DNA of 64,000 nucleotides from the human T2T-CHM13v2.0 reference genome, Homo sapiens. The stretch lies in NCBI RefSeq assembly GCF_009914755.1, contig NC_060933.1, one strand, 5' to 3'. The position numbers were made by a program, and so were the translations under genes. Shown here piece after piece: positions 16,582 to 37,498 of the stretch; position 1 is the first letter of the stretch, and every line of letters starts with the position of its first letter. The notes beneath the pieces were generated by a model. It was not told the DNA's origin. It did no database searches and worked only from the letters and a program-made list of their open reading frames with translations.

Positions 16582-16983
16582 CTGCAGACAAAGGGCTGAG
16601 GCGGCGGCCCGGCCGCAACAAAGGCGCCGCCGCCCCTCGCCGCGCCGGGCCCGGTGCGCCCCGAGCCACCACTCGGCCCCGCAGCCGGCCAGCCGGGAGG
16701 GGCGCCCGAGCGCGGCCCCCGCCTCACCTCACAGCCGCCGCCGTCGCCGCCCCCGCGGCTGCTGCATGCTGCGGGCGCTGAGCCCGAGCGGAGGAGGTGC
16801 CGAGCCCGCGGCCCAAAGAGGCGGCGGCAGGAGGGCGCGGGCCGGGGGCGGGGGCGGGCGCGGGGGCGGGAGCGGGCCGGGGGCGGTGGCAGCGCGTGCG
16901 CGGTCCCGGGTGAGCGGCGGCGGCGGCGACAGCGGCTGAGGCGGTGGCCAAGGAGCGGGAGCGCGCTCACCGCCGGGGCCTCG

Positions 16984-17232
16984 CACAGGCGCAGTAGGCA
17001 CCGCCCGCCACCCCGCCCTCGACCCCGCCCCCAGCTCCGCTCCCTTCTCGCGCCTGCCCCGCCCCTTTCCGCAGGCGCAGTAGGCACCGCCCGCCAGCCC
17101 GCGCCCGCCCCGCCCCTTTCCGCAGGCGCAGTAGGTGGCACCCGCAGGCCTGTGCCTGCCCCGCCCCTTTCCGCAGGCGCAGTGAGCGTCGACCCGCCCC
17201 TCCCCGCCCGCTTCCGCAGGCGCAGTAGGACC
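16984..17232. promoter_or_regulatory. Five-copy promoter module (GC box + TTCCG + CAGGCGCAGT)
   Basis: CAGGCGCAGT at 16986, 17072, 17123, 17174 and 17217; the middle three copies are preceded by CCCCGCCCCTTTCCG. Confidence 0.8.
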
Positions 17233-18119
17233 CGCCCTGGTCCGCGCCTGCCCCGTTGCTTTCCTCAGGCTCTAAGGCCCGCGGTGTGGAGCGCGGCGTA
17301 GGCAGCGGGGAGTGGGCGGCGCGGGGTGGGTGGAGTGGGTCGGCGGCGGGGATCCTGCCGAGCCCGCAGCTGCCCTCTTTTAGCGCCGTGTCTCCTCCCC
17401 GGCCCTGGCTCGTCCCACCTCAGCCACAGCCCGGCCCCCTGGCCGGCCGAGGTCTCGCCGCCGGCGCCCTGGGGACCTCGTGGGTGTGGCCGGCGGCGAC
17501 CTCGGCAGGCGACAGCCCAGCAGACGGGCACCAGGTGGACGTGCCAGTCTCCAGACCCCCGTCCCGGTGCAGGGAAGGTGGGCGTTTGGACCCCTGAGGC
17601 AGAAACAGGTGCGGCCCCGCCGGCGCATCCCCCGGAAGGGACGCTGACTTCGTTCCCCTGGAGCCTGCGTCGGGGCCCGCGCTGGGCTGAGAATTACGGG
17701 AACGCCGTGAGAGTTTGCATTCCGAGGATTTGGTCTGAGAACCTCACCAGCGAAATAGAGAACTGCCCCCGGGAGAGCCGGCCCACGTGCCGCCCACCGG
17801 CGCCTTGACGGCAGGGAGAGGTCGAGCTTCCAGGGAGCGGGCGCCCGGCGCGGGGCTCCCAGCCTGTCTGTACCTGGTCGAGACACCCCGTGCCAGAGGC
17901 GGAACATGTATGAAATGCCAGGTGCCCAGAGGACCCAGGCAGTCCGTCATTCACATACCAACCCACGTGCAGGCTTCAATTCAACCTTGAAGCCATTTGG
18001 GCCTGGGCTTTTTTGATGACTTATTTGATTCATAGTTTTTTGGTTACTAATTGAGTCTCTTCACTTGTTATAGGTCTGTTGAGATTGTCTATTTTTTCTT
18101 GAGTCAGCCGTCTGAAAAG

Positions 18120-18595
18120 AACACGAGGTGGACAGGGCAGAGCGGTCAAGGAAAGCCATAGGAGGAGGGCACTTATTTGAGCAAAGACCGGCGGGACGTG
18201 GGCGTCGAGGGTAAGGATATCTGCAGAAGTACTGTCTTGAGCAAGGAGCACGGCAGACAGAGCCTCTGAGACACGAGAGCCTGGAGTGTAAGAAACACAG
18301 TAGAGGCCACTAAGTCGAGAACGCAGGAGCTGGAAGGACTGGTAGGAAATGGGAGGTGGGGACATGGAGGGATGCAGACAGGTCCTGCACAGTCAGAACT
18401 GTGGCCCCTTCTCTGCAGGAAATGGGCAGCCTTCGGAAGACTGAGCACACGGAAGGATATGACTAACCCTTTAAAAGGGTCATTCTGACTCCTGGGTGAA
18501 GAACAGACTAGGAAGGGCTGAGGAGGAGGCAGGAGGCCATCTACTGTTATATGGGATGTGGAGTGTGACCCGGAAAGGTCAAGTGTGACTCTAAG
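18120..18595. mobile_element. Probable L2 fragment, with similar sequence at about 20180-20560
   Basis: TTTAAAAGGGTCATTCTGACTCCTGGGTGAAGAACAGACT resembles the L2 3' region; highly diverged. Confidence 0.45.
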
Positions 18596-18599
18596 GGCT

Positions 18600-20170
<1,571 letters not shown>

Positions 20171-20629
20171 GTAAGCAATTTTAAGGAGAAAGTTATCCTT
20201 AACCAAGATGGGAAAGGTCGAGGCAGGGTGGTACAGGGATTTTACCTCCCACCAGGTATCTCCCACAAACTCCCCCTAATATAATACCGGCGGAGTTTGG
20301 GCTGTGGCTTTGGCTGTGTTGAGTCTCAGATGCCTGTTGGGCCTCCTCATGGAAACGCTGGTGGGCGATTGGATGAGCAAGTCACCGGCGTGGCCCAGGT
20401 TGGAGACTGGGAATTGTCACCACAGAGAGAGCCTTTAGAGCTGTGAGACAGGAGGAGGCGCCAAGGAGCCATTGCTCAGGTGGAGGGGAAGTCGAGGCAT
20501 GGTGCTTGGGCCTAGGGGCAGCACTTGGGAGTAGTCAGCCTGAAAGGTGAGAAGCCAGGAGAGGGGTCCCCAGCTTATGGCCTGGGAGCTAACTCAGATT
20601 TGGCGAGTGCAGGTTTTGTGGAATGGTGG

Positions 20630-20968
20630 TGTATTAGTCCGTTTTCACGGTGCTAATAAAGACACACCCGACACTGGGCAATTTACAAAAGACAGAGGTT
20701 TAGTGACTTACAGTTCCACATGGCTGGGGAGGCCTCACAATCATGGTGGAAGGCAAGGAGGAGCAAGTCACATCTTACGTGGATGGCGGCAGGCAAAGAG
20801 CGAGATTGGGCAGGGAAACTCCCCCTAATATGATACTGTCAGATCTCGTGAGACTTACTCACTATCACGAGAACAGCATGGGAAAGACCTGCCCCATGAT
20901 TCAATTACCTCCCACCGGGTCCCTCCCACAGCATGTGCAAATTCAAGATGAGATATGGGTGGGGACAA
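20630..20968 (-). mobile_element. THE1-family MaLR LTR, slightly truncated
   Basis: TGTATTAGTCCGTTTTCAC...CCCCATGATTCAATTACCTCCCACCGGGTCCCTCCCACA...GTGGGGACA. Confidence 0.88.
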
Positions 20969-21690
20969 AAGACAGGCAGGAGTTCCGAGGATGAGTATTT
21001 GCATTCTGTCCCTGAGTTTGCTGTAAAGGAGAGCAGCGAGACAGAGGCATGGGGTGCGGAATGGCGTGTTTAAGATGGAGTGATGACAGGTGCCCGTTGG
21101 AGTGATGCAGTAGACAGGATCTGATGATGGGGAGCAGGTGTCGTGTGCCCTTGAGCAGGAGCCCAGCAGAGAGACCCTTTTTCCTCCTGTAGCAGCAGAA
21201 GAGAAGGCAGCAGGGTGCAGGACTGAAGGAGGGCTGGGCTGGGCTGGGATGGGAGCCTGGCTGGTTTTCCCCTGGTGGCCCTATGACTGGTTAAGGGCAG
21301 GGCAGAGGCACGGCAGGTTGGAGGCACAGAAGGCCCAAGATAGTTATCTGGGCTGGATGTGGGGCGGTATTCTCGCCTCTCTGGGGACATCCCTTAAGTG
21401 GACAGGAAGACTGGGTGGTTCGGGTGTATGTCCACTCACCAAGAACACAGGATGAAGGTGGGGCCTAGACAGTGGCTGTTTTGACCAGGGCAGAACAGTT
21501 GAGGGCATGTGAGAGGGCCCATGCTGACGCCAGACCTCAGTGGGGAGAGGGGAGAGTCCAGGGACCAGAGGTCCCCCTAGGCTTAAAGGACAAACCACAA
21601 GGAGAAGAGGAAGAAGTCTCTATGTCATTAAAGTTTCATTATCAGGGCTGCTATAATGCTTCTCATTGCTTATTATAAAACCCAATTCTG

Positions 21691-22579
<889 letters not shown>

Positions 22580-22904
22580 CTTTTTTTCGTTTTTAATGTT
22601 GAGACTAGGTTACAGCATTATTAGATACAATGAAGGTAGAGGGAAGGTGCTCAGAACTCTCCTACAAGCATAGCAGCTGCTCAGGCACAGCTCCAGTGAC
22701 TCCAGGGCCCAGCCTTCTGGGGAGGAGTTGGATGGGCATATTCCTTGAGGGGCTCCCACCTGCCCACAGAGAGCACAAGAGGAGAACTCATCCTGTTTGC
22801 CCTGCTTTTCCCATCTTGTTCCTAGACATCCTGAGGTTCCCACCAAGTGGACATTGGCTTATTCTACAAGCAACAGGATGAGGCCCCTGGACTCCTCACT
22901 AGCA

Positions 22905-24508
<1,604 letters not shown>

Positions 24509-25231
24509 TGGTGACTAGTTACTGAGTTCCTTCCCCAGACACACTCAGGAGCATGTAACCACCACAGCCTCCTAGTGGAAGCACAGGTCCTGCAGAGAGG
24601 CCATGCCTGTGCACCCCAGGAGCCAAGGCCACCCTCCTGCACAGGGCACCACCCCTTGCACCTGCACACTCCAGCCTCCACACAGCCCTTGGTCAGGGCT
24701 GGGTACACCAGGGAATGTTTCAAAGTAAAGCATCCCTTACTGTGGTCATTCTCAGCACTTTTTTTCTGGAAAGACAGATATGACAGAATATGTTCATGTG
24801 TGACATGGGCCCATGGGGGTGTTTGGGATAGTTATCATATCCAGCACACCGAGAAGGTTGATATTGAGAACTGGGACAGGAAAAAATACCATCTTTATCA
24901 TCACTGGCCTTTAACCAAAATTTAACATTTTCCTGAATTATGAATCTAGGCAACCAACTGCTGCAGCAGCATCAGCAGTGTCCGGGACTCCACCTCCTAC
25001 AGAAGTCGTGGATGTCTCACATCACATCACCATTGCTGCAGATGCCACAGAATACCATTCTGCTCATCATTGCTCCAAAATTACCATAACTCCTGGACCA
25101 GCTGCTTGATTACATTATTTAATGCATTCATAAAGAGGCACATGCAGTACTGTACCACCGTTTAAAATTTGTGATGAAAGTACTTTAATTTCATTTTTAA
25201 TTTTGTAGGCATTAAAAGCATTATCTGAATC

Positions 25232-28880
<3,649 letters not shown>

Positions 28881-29446
28881 CAATGGTCAATCTCTGCCCT
28901 CCAGCGGGTGCCCCCATGGTGCCAGGCCCCCGTCATCTTGGGGTGCACAGCGCAGCGGTGTCTCACCAGGATGGGATCCGCTGAGGGTTGGAGCCTCAGC
29001 TCAGGCCAGGGCTGCACCTGCCCCCACCACACCATACACACCTCCCCCACTCTGTTCCCCATTGGCCCCCTCCTCACTCCACCCATGCTGTCTGGCCCCT
29101 TCTCCCCCAGGTTCTGCAAGAGCGGGTGTGGTGGGCCCACTTGCAGTCCCAGCTCCTGGGGAAATTGCAGGGGCTGCTGGAACCCAGGAAATCCCAGCTC
29201 GCTGGGCATCTTGAACCTACCAAAAAACACCCTCAGCAGAAAATGAGAGGGCAGGAAGGATGTCAGCAGAGCCTCTGTGGACTCTTCATGGGAGGGAGGA
29301 CTCTCATGCTGACTTGCAAGGAGGCACCCCGGAAGCCCCCAGTCCAGGAGTGACATGGGAAGGGTAGTTCAGAGGCAGGTTTCTGACCCCTCTGGCCTCC
29401 ATCAGAGCCACCGCAAAAATTCCACCTGTTAAATAAAAACGGACTG

Positions 29447-29640
29447 AGGCCGTGGTGCACTCCTGTAATCCCAGCCCTTTGGGAGGCCAAGGTGGGAGGA
29501 TCGCTTGAACCCAGGAGCTCAAGACCAGCTTGGGCAACATAGCAAGACTCCACCTCTACAAAAAAATTAGCCGGGTGTGGTGGCGTGTGCCCTTGGTCCC
29601 AGCTACCCAGGAGGCCGAGGCGGGAGGATTGCTTTGGCCC
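29447..29640 (+). mobile_element. Truncated Alu
   Basis: Left arm plus part of the right arm. Confidence 0.8.
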
Positions 29641-31751
29641 ACTGGAATGTTCTGCCAGGAGGGGGTAGTTTAGAGCCTATGAACCACGGCAATGAGCACT
29701 GCGAGCAGGGACAATGGGGGGCTGGGGTTGGGGTGGGCTCCACGAGCGCTGAAAGCTGAGCTATCCCAGGGACCTGGGAGGTGACCCTGTGGCTGCCGAG
29801 TTTCTCTCTGGATGCACACCATGTCTATGAACCCTAAGGAAGGGTCCCCACTTTGCTGGGAGCCTCGGAGGCTGGGGGCACCATCCCCAATCCCTCGGGG
29901 CAGGCTCAGATCCTGGCACACTGACATTGCCAGCCACTCCTGGGCACTTGCTGTGTGCCGACCCAGGACTAGGAGCTGCACCTGGGCCCCAGGATGTCCC
30001 CTAGTTTGCAAATGTGGAAACTTGAGTCTCAGAGACTTAGGGACATTGGCCTCTGTGAATCTCAGGGCTGCTTCTCCTGAGGCCTGAACCAGGCCTGGCA
30101 CTGTCTGCTGGGTGCGGGCCCAGCCCTGGGAGGACCCAGCAGGGGTGCTCAGACCTCCCATCCCATGGCTAACCCACCGCTGGGGAGGAAACCTGTGGAC
30201 ACTTGCACTGAAAAATGTCACTCTCTACAAGTATGCAAGGGAGTCGGACCATCTCCCATCAGACCTGGACACCCGCCGGACACCACAGCCCCTAACACTC
30301 CGGCCAGGTCGCTCCAGGCTGGCACAGGTGGCACCCAGCCAGTCACACTTAAAGCAGGGTTTCCCTGGCCTTACCATATTATCACTCCCCAAGGAGGAAA
30401 TGCGAATTTTTAATTAAGTGAATTAAATGCTAATTTAATTAAGTGAATTAAATTCCATTTCTCCCTTGTGAGATAAATAATAAGGAATGCGGTTTTGCCA
30501 GGTAGGGGTGAGCTTTGAACGGCCACAGCATGGGACAGGTAAGAGGTCTGTGCCACCCGAGACCTGGCGAACGCCCGAGTTTCAGCCTCACGCACATTCC
30601 TTCCCCAAGAGCAGCTGCGCTCTGTTCTCCCACGGGAGAAGCTGTCTGCTCTTGGTGCTCCCAGACACCTCCTGGGTTTGCCCGTCCTGCACTGGGCTCT
30701 GTCCTCTCTCACACTGCTCGGCCAGCCATCCGGCTCCTGGGACGGGCGAGCCCAGGACACCCCCCGGGCCTGCCTCCACACAGGTGCTCTCTGAGGCCAC
30801 CTTGGGCTCCCCGGCTCTGGCCCTGCTCCCCTGCCCTGCTTGCCTGTCATGCTGCGTGGATCATGCCTCGGTGTTCCGTGACTGCTGGTGTTCAACGACC
30901 TGAGAAGTGGGACGAGTGGGCGCTGTTTCCTTATGCATCAGGAATCTGGGGGCCCTGCAGAGAGGTGCCATCACCCTCACCAGCCCCAGGTTCCCACCTC
31001 CGTGGGGGGAGGTAGAGGGACAAATGGGACACCCTCGTGTGGATTGTGGCACATGGACCCAGTCCCTGTCACCCTAGTCCAACATGGTCAGGTGCCAGCC
31101 CTTTCTGGAACCCTGGCCTCTGGTCACCCCACCCTCCTGGGTGACCTGATCCCCAAGCATTTCAGACCCAGCTGCTGGAGAAGGCAAAATGCACCATTAC
31201 CCACACATCCCCTCCCCTCCTTCATAACCCTAACGCTAACTGCACACCTGCCTCCTGGAGCTCTTCCCCGAGCCTGCCTGCCTCGCCTTTGCTCCCGTGC
31301 CCCCAGCTCACCTCCTGCTCTGGGTGGTGACCCGGGTGAGGCCTCTGGCCCTCACAGCCTCTGGGCGGCCCCAGACCAGCCCTGCAGATGCCCCTAGGCA
31401 TGGACGGAGGAGTGGGGAGCGATGAGAGAGGAAACCCTGACCTGGCTGAGCTCTGAGCCCTTCGCCTTCTCAGTGGCCCCAGGATGGCCCAGCTGGTAGC
31501 CCAGATATCCCCAGCGGGCCGGCCCATCAGACCCTCCCCTGGCAACAAGGTCACACAAGCCTTGGTAAAGGTGGCAGTGTTCCACCCTGGACCCAGGCCT
31601 TCCAAATCGGGCCCTGCACCCCCTCAGGAGGGGCACAGGACTTTTCCCCACCTGGCCCCCAGCCTAGTTGGAAGTCAGGGCAGGGTGAGCCCATGCTCCT
31701 GGGCATCCGGCCTGCAGGCTGACGCTTGCTCACCTCATTGTAAGGAGGTCA

Positions 31752-32806
<1,055 letters not shown>

Positions 32807-33324
32807 AACTTTCTTTCTTTAATTTTTGTAAAGGTAATTTCAACATATTACCACTTCTCCTAATAATAGTGTTTTAACAAATATTAGGCAGCTTCATTTT
32901 TGCTTTGAGTTGTGCTTTTAAAAGAACTAAATTAGGTCGCTGGAGATTAAAGCATTTACCATTTAGCAGGCAGGGCCTGTCCAGAGCCCCAGTCGGGAAA
33001 ACGGGCTAAACAGCTGGCTTAGCTTTAGGACTTCCCTCGTTCCCTCCTCTCCCTCCAGTCCTGGGGACGGAGGTCTGGCGTGGGGATCAGGGTGGCCTCC
33101 GCCCACTCCCCTGCGACCCCCAGGCTGGGCTCCAGGAGTCAGCGGGGAGCCCCAGGTGGGGGATCTCTGCGCCCCAGCCCTTCTGGGTCAGGCTAGTTAC
33201 CTCCCGCGGTGCAGCACGCATCTCTGTCTCCACTGACTTGCAAGGCTAAAAATGTGCAGAACCCAAACCAAAATGTGCCTGCCCATTGTGTTTAAAATAC
33301 CACTGTTGCAGATGTATTACTGTC

Positions 33325-33790
<466 letters not shown>

Positions 33791-34104
33791 CAAGTGTATT
33801 ACCATATGGAAATTATTTTATGACAAAGCATGCATATTGGTTTGCTTAAATAAACCGTTCTGACTAACAGTACTTCAGGCCCAGCATGGAAATTTTGAAA
33901 AATCACAGATGATAAAAAACACGAGACTAGCTTGGGTCTCAAGTTTTTCTTCCTTGGAGTTTTGGTTTTTCATGAACTTTCTGGGAAATGAAATTTAGTA
34001 GTTTGGGGGCATCGATTAGTTCATAGAGGATGTAAAACGGAGGGATTGGGTTCGACGCCTTAAAAACACGGAAGTTACAGCTGGAAAGAAAATTAGAGGC
34101 AATT

Positions 34105-34552
34105 TTTTTTATTTTTGTATTGAGGGGAAATTCACATAACAAACTCAGCCGTGCTAAGGTGGACAATTCAGTGCCGTTGCATTCATTCCCGATGCGTCGC
34201 AGCCACATCCATCTAGTTCCAGAACACTGTCATGCCCCGGGAAGGAAACGCCCTCCCCATCAGCCCTCACTCCCCATTCCTCCCTCCCCCAGCCCGTGGC
34301 AACCACCCATCTTTGTGTCTCTGTGGATTCGCCTGTTGTGGACATTTCATAGAAATGGAATCGAGACAACACGTGGACCTTCATGCCTGGCTTGTCCTGC
34401 TCAGCATGATGCCTTCAAGGTTCACGCGTGTCGCTGCGTCAGGGCTCACCTCCTCGTGTGCCGAACACCCCATCGTCTGGGCGACCACATGTTGCCCCCC
34501 TACTCCTCCACCAATGGGCTTCGTGTTGTCGCCACCTCTTGGCTGCTGTGAA
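34105..34552 (-). mobile_element. L1MB-like 3' end
   Basis: Antisense L1 3'UTR (GGACATTTCATAGAAATGGAATC, TTCAAGGTTCAC). Confidence 0.7.
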
Positions 34553-34781
34553 CCCGTTTGACTTTTTGAACTAACTTTCAGATTCACTCTTGTAGTTTCA
34601 AGGTCGAACCTACAGAAGGCGAAAGAAACCCGCCGGCTCAGGAATTGTGCAACCAGTGGCCTGGCGGCTGCAGGTCCCCCGTGCTGGGGGTCTTGACTTT
34701 GATGCTTTCCCAGGTGCCCACTTGTTTCAGGAGCCTCCAACCTGTGAACCTCGAACACACAGCTTGGTGCATGTCAGGTAG

Positions 34782-34904
<123 letters not shown>

Positions 34905-35253
34905 TAATGGTGAGGGCAGCCACATCATGGAAGTGGTGGGCCCAGCCTGGATAGGAGGGAAGCAGCGAGAGTGTCCGCTGTCTGCGAGGGCCACCCTGGC
35001 CCCGGACTCACTCCTGGGTAGGGCCTGTGGGGTCAGACCCCCTCCCTCAGCGAGCCCCAAGGAAGCGTGGGGTCCGACCGCCGCCATCCTGGGACTGAGT
35101 TTGGAGGCCTCAGTGCTTGGCTGGCAAGAGCAGCCACCTGGGGACACGGTGATTAATTCAGCATCAGAATGCAAGCGTGGGAGTTTCCAGGAACACTGAG
35201 GTTCAGGTCTGGGGGCGGAAGAGAAAAGCAGCTCATTCTCAGAAAGCACTGAG

Positions 35254-35850
35254 AGGCCGGGCCCTGTGGCTCATGCCTGTAATCCCAGTGCTTTGGGAGG
35301 CTGAGGCAGGATTGCTTGAGGCCAGAAGTTCAAGACCAGCCTGGGCAACACAGCAAGACCCCGTCTCTAGAGAACATTTAAAAACTAGCTGTGCGCAGTG
35401 GTGCATACCTGCAGTCCCAGCTACCCTGGAGGCTGAGGCGGGAGGATGCTTGAGCCCAGGAGTTGTGGGCTACAATGAGCCGTGATGGCTGCACTGCACT
35501 CCAGCCTGGGTGACAGAACGAGACCTCGTCTCTAAAGTAAATACATAAAACCTAAAAACAACGGCCGGTTGTGGTGGCTCACACCTATAATTCTAGCACT
35601 TTGGGAGGCCGAGGTGGGCAGATCACAAGATGAGGAGTTCGAGACCAGCCTGGCCAACATGGTGAAACCCCGTCTTACTAGAAATAAAAAAATTAGCTGC
35701 GTGTGGTGCTGGGCGCCTGTAGTCCCAGCTCCTCAGGAGGCTGAGGCAGGAGAATGGCATGAACCCAGGAGGCGGAGGTTGCAATGAGCCGAGATCTTGC
35801 CACTGCACTCCAGCCCGGGCGACAGAGACTCCGCCTCAAAGAAAAAAAAC
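35254..35850 (+). mobile_element. Two tandem Alus (AluJ-like, AluS/Y-like)
   Basis: Alu consensus. Confidence 0.88.
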
Positions 35851-37116
35851 AAGGAGAGCCCTGCAGGCCCCTCCTTAGGCTGGCCTCAGAGGTCTTCAGT
35901 GGCCAGAGGGTGTGAGGAACTGCGGGACGTGCCGACTGGGGCAGCCCCCACCACACCCTGGGATGCACCCTGGCTGGGACCAGTCTCCAAATTCCCCTGC
36001 ATCCGTCTCAGGCTGGAAAACTCTCCAACAAAGTTGCCTCCAGTCACTGGATGGGAAGCGGCCTCTCAGCTGAGCTGGACCCTCTCTCCTTCAGCTGGTG
36101 CTGCAGTGACTCCAAGTGACCAGTGACACCAGGTGTGGCAGCTGCGCACAGCCTTTATCGTGCCGCACTCAAGGGCCCCGGGAAGGGAACCCAGGCAGGG
36201 CCCAGTGCCATGGTGGTCTCCACTTCGCCGTGGAGAGAACGGCCAGGTGACCCAACCACAGCGAGGCCTTCAGTGTGTTCCTCACTTCCACCTGTGGCGG
36301 TCGCTTCTGGCTGTCACCCTGAGCACATCCATGTGGCCTCTTGGAGTGGCCTCTCCACGTGGCCTAGGCTTCCTGGCAACGCAGCCGCCTCAGGGCAGTG
36401 TGACTTCCTGATGGTGGTGACTCAGGACAACAAAAGCGAGAGGCCCTGAGAGTCAGGCGGGCACCACAGGGCCTTGCTGAGGCAGCCGGGGACTCCCGCT
36501 CCCTCTGCTGACACCATTGGTGGCCAGTGAGTCAGAGGCAGAGGTGCCAGAGACCCCGCCCGAAGGGAGGAGATCTGAGAGCCTGCAGCCACAGGCTCCT
36601 CCAGGACTCGAGCACCGGGGCCGCACAGAGAGCCCTTTCTCTCCTGGGCAGGCCAGGCGGGGATCCCCCAGCGCCCTAACCTGCTCTGTGACCACGGCAA
36701 TGTGGCCTTGGGGATGTGCCCTGCCTCTCTGGGTTCCAGTGCAGGACTCAGGGCTGGCCACCTGAGAAGCATCTCTAGGACATTCCAAAGCCTGGAACAG
36801 GGACAGCATTGTGGCCCTGCTCTGGAAGGCTGCGTGGAAGCCAAGAAGTTGTCCTGGCCTGTCCTGGAGGTGCCTTTGCCCTTGCTTCCTGTCCTTGTCC
36901 CCAGGGGCTGCACCCATCCTACTGACTCTGCCAGCAGTGCCAGCCTGGTCCCAGGCACCCTGGAGCTGCTCCATCCCCATTGGGGGCCAAGAGCTGCCGG
37001 CCCACACCAGAGGCCCCGGCCACACAGGAGCCACGGGACAGCCGGAAGGGAAGCCAGGAGGCCTTGCTTGGGGAGCTGGGCACACGCCTGGCCTCCCCGT
37101 GATGCTCCCCTGGACG

Positions 37117-37498
37117 ACACACGCACGCACACATGCACGCCTGTGCATGCACACAGAGCACACATGCACACACACGCACACCTGTGCATGCAGAGCACAC
37201 GCACACACACACAAACCTGTGCATGCACACAGCATACACGCATGCACGCCTATGCATGCAGAGCACACATGCACACACATGCACGCCTGTGCATGCACAC
37301 AGCACACATGCACACACCTGTGCATGCACACACACACATACATGCCTCTGCATGCACACAGCACACACGCACACCTGTGCACGCAGAGCACACACGCACA
37401 CACACGCACGCCTCTGCATGCAGAGAGCACACACACACACATGCACGCCTGTGCATGCACACAGAGCACACACGCACACCACACCACCACACACACAC
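37117..37498. repeat. CA/TGCA-rich compound minisatellite (unit about GCACACATGCACGCCTGTGCATGCACACA)
   Basis: About 380 nt of mostly alternating purine-pyrimidine sequence; source of the His/Thr/Cys/Val-rich pseudo-ORFs. Confidence 0.92.

Larger units (their letters stand above)
15930..17900. promoter_or_regulatory. CpG island / CAMSAP1 promoter and 5'UTR
   Basis: Very high GC and CpG density with many GGGCGG boxes, surrounding the first coding exon. Confidence 0.93.

Noticed and set aside
15952-17966. Many long overlapping ORFs (up to 357 aa) over the CpG island
   Set aside because: Stop-codon scarcity in very GC-rich DNA; only the first 53 codons of 15952..16581 are CAMSAP1, the rest is intron read-through
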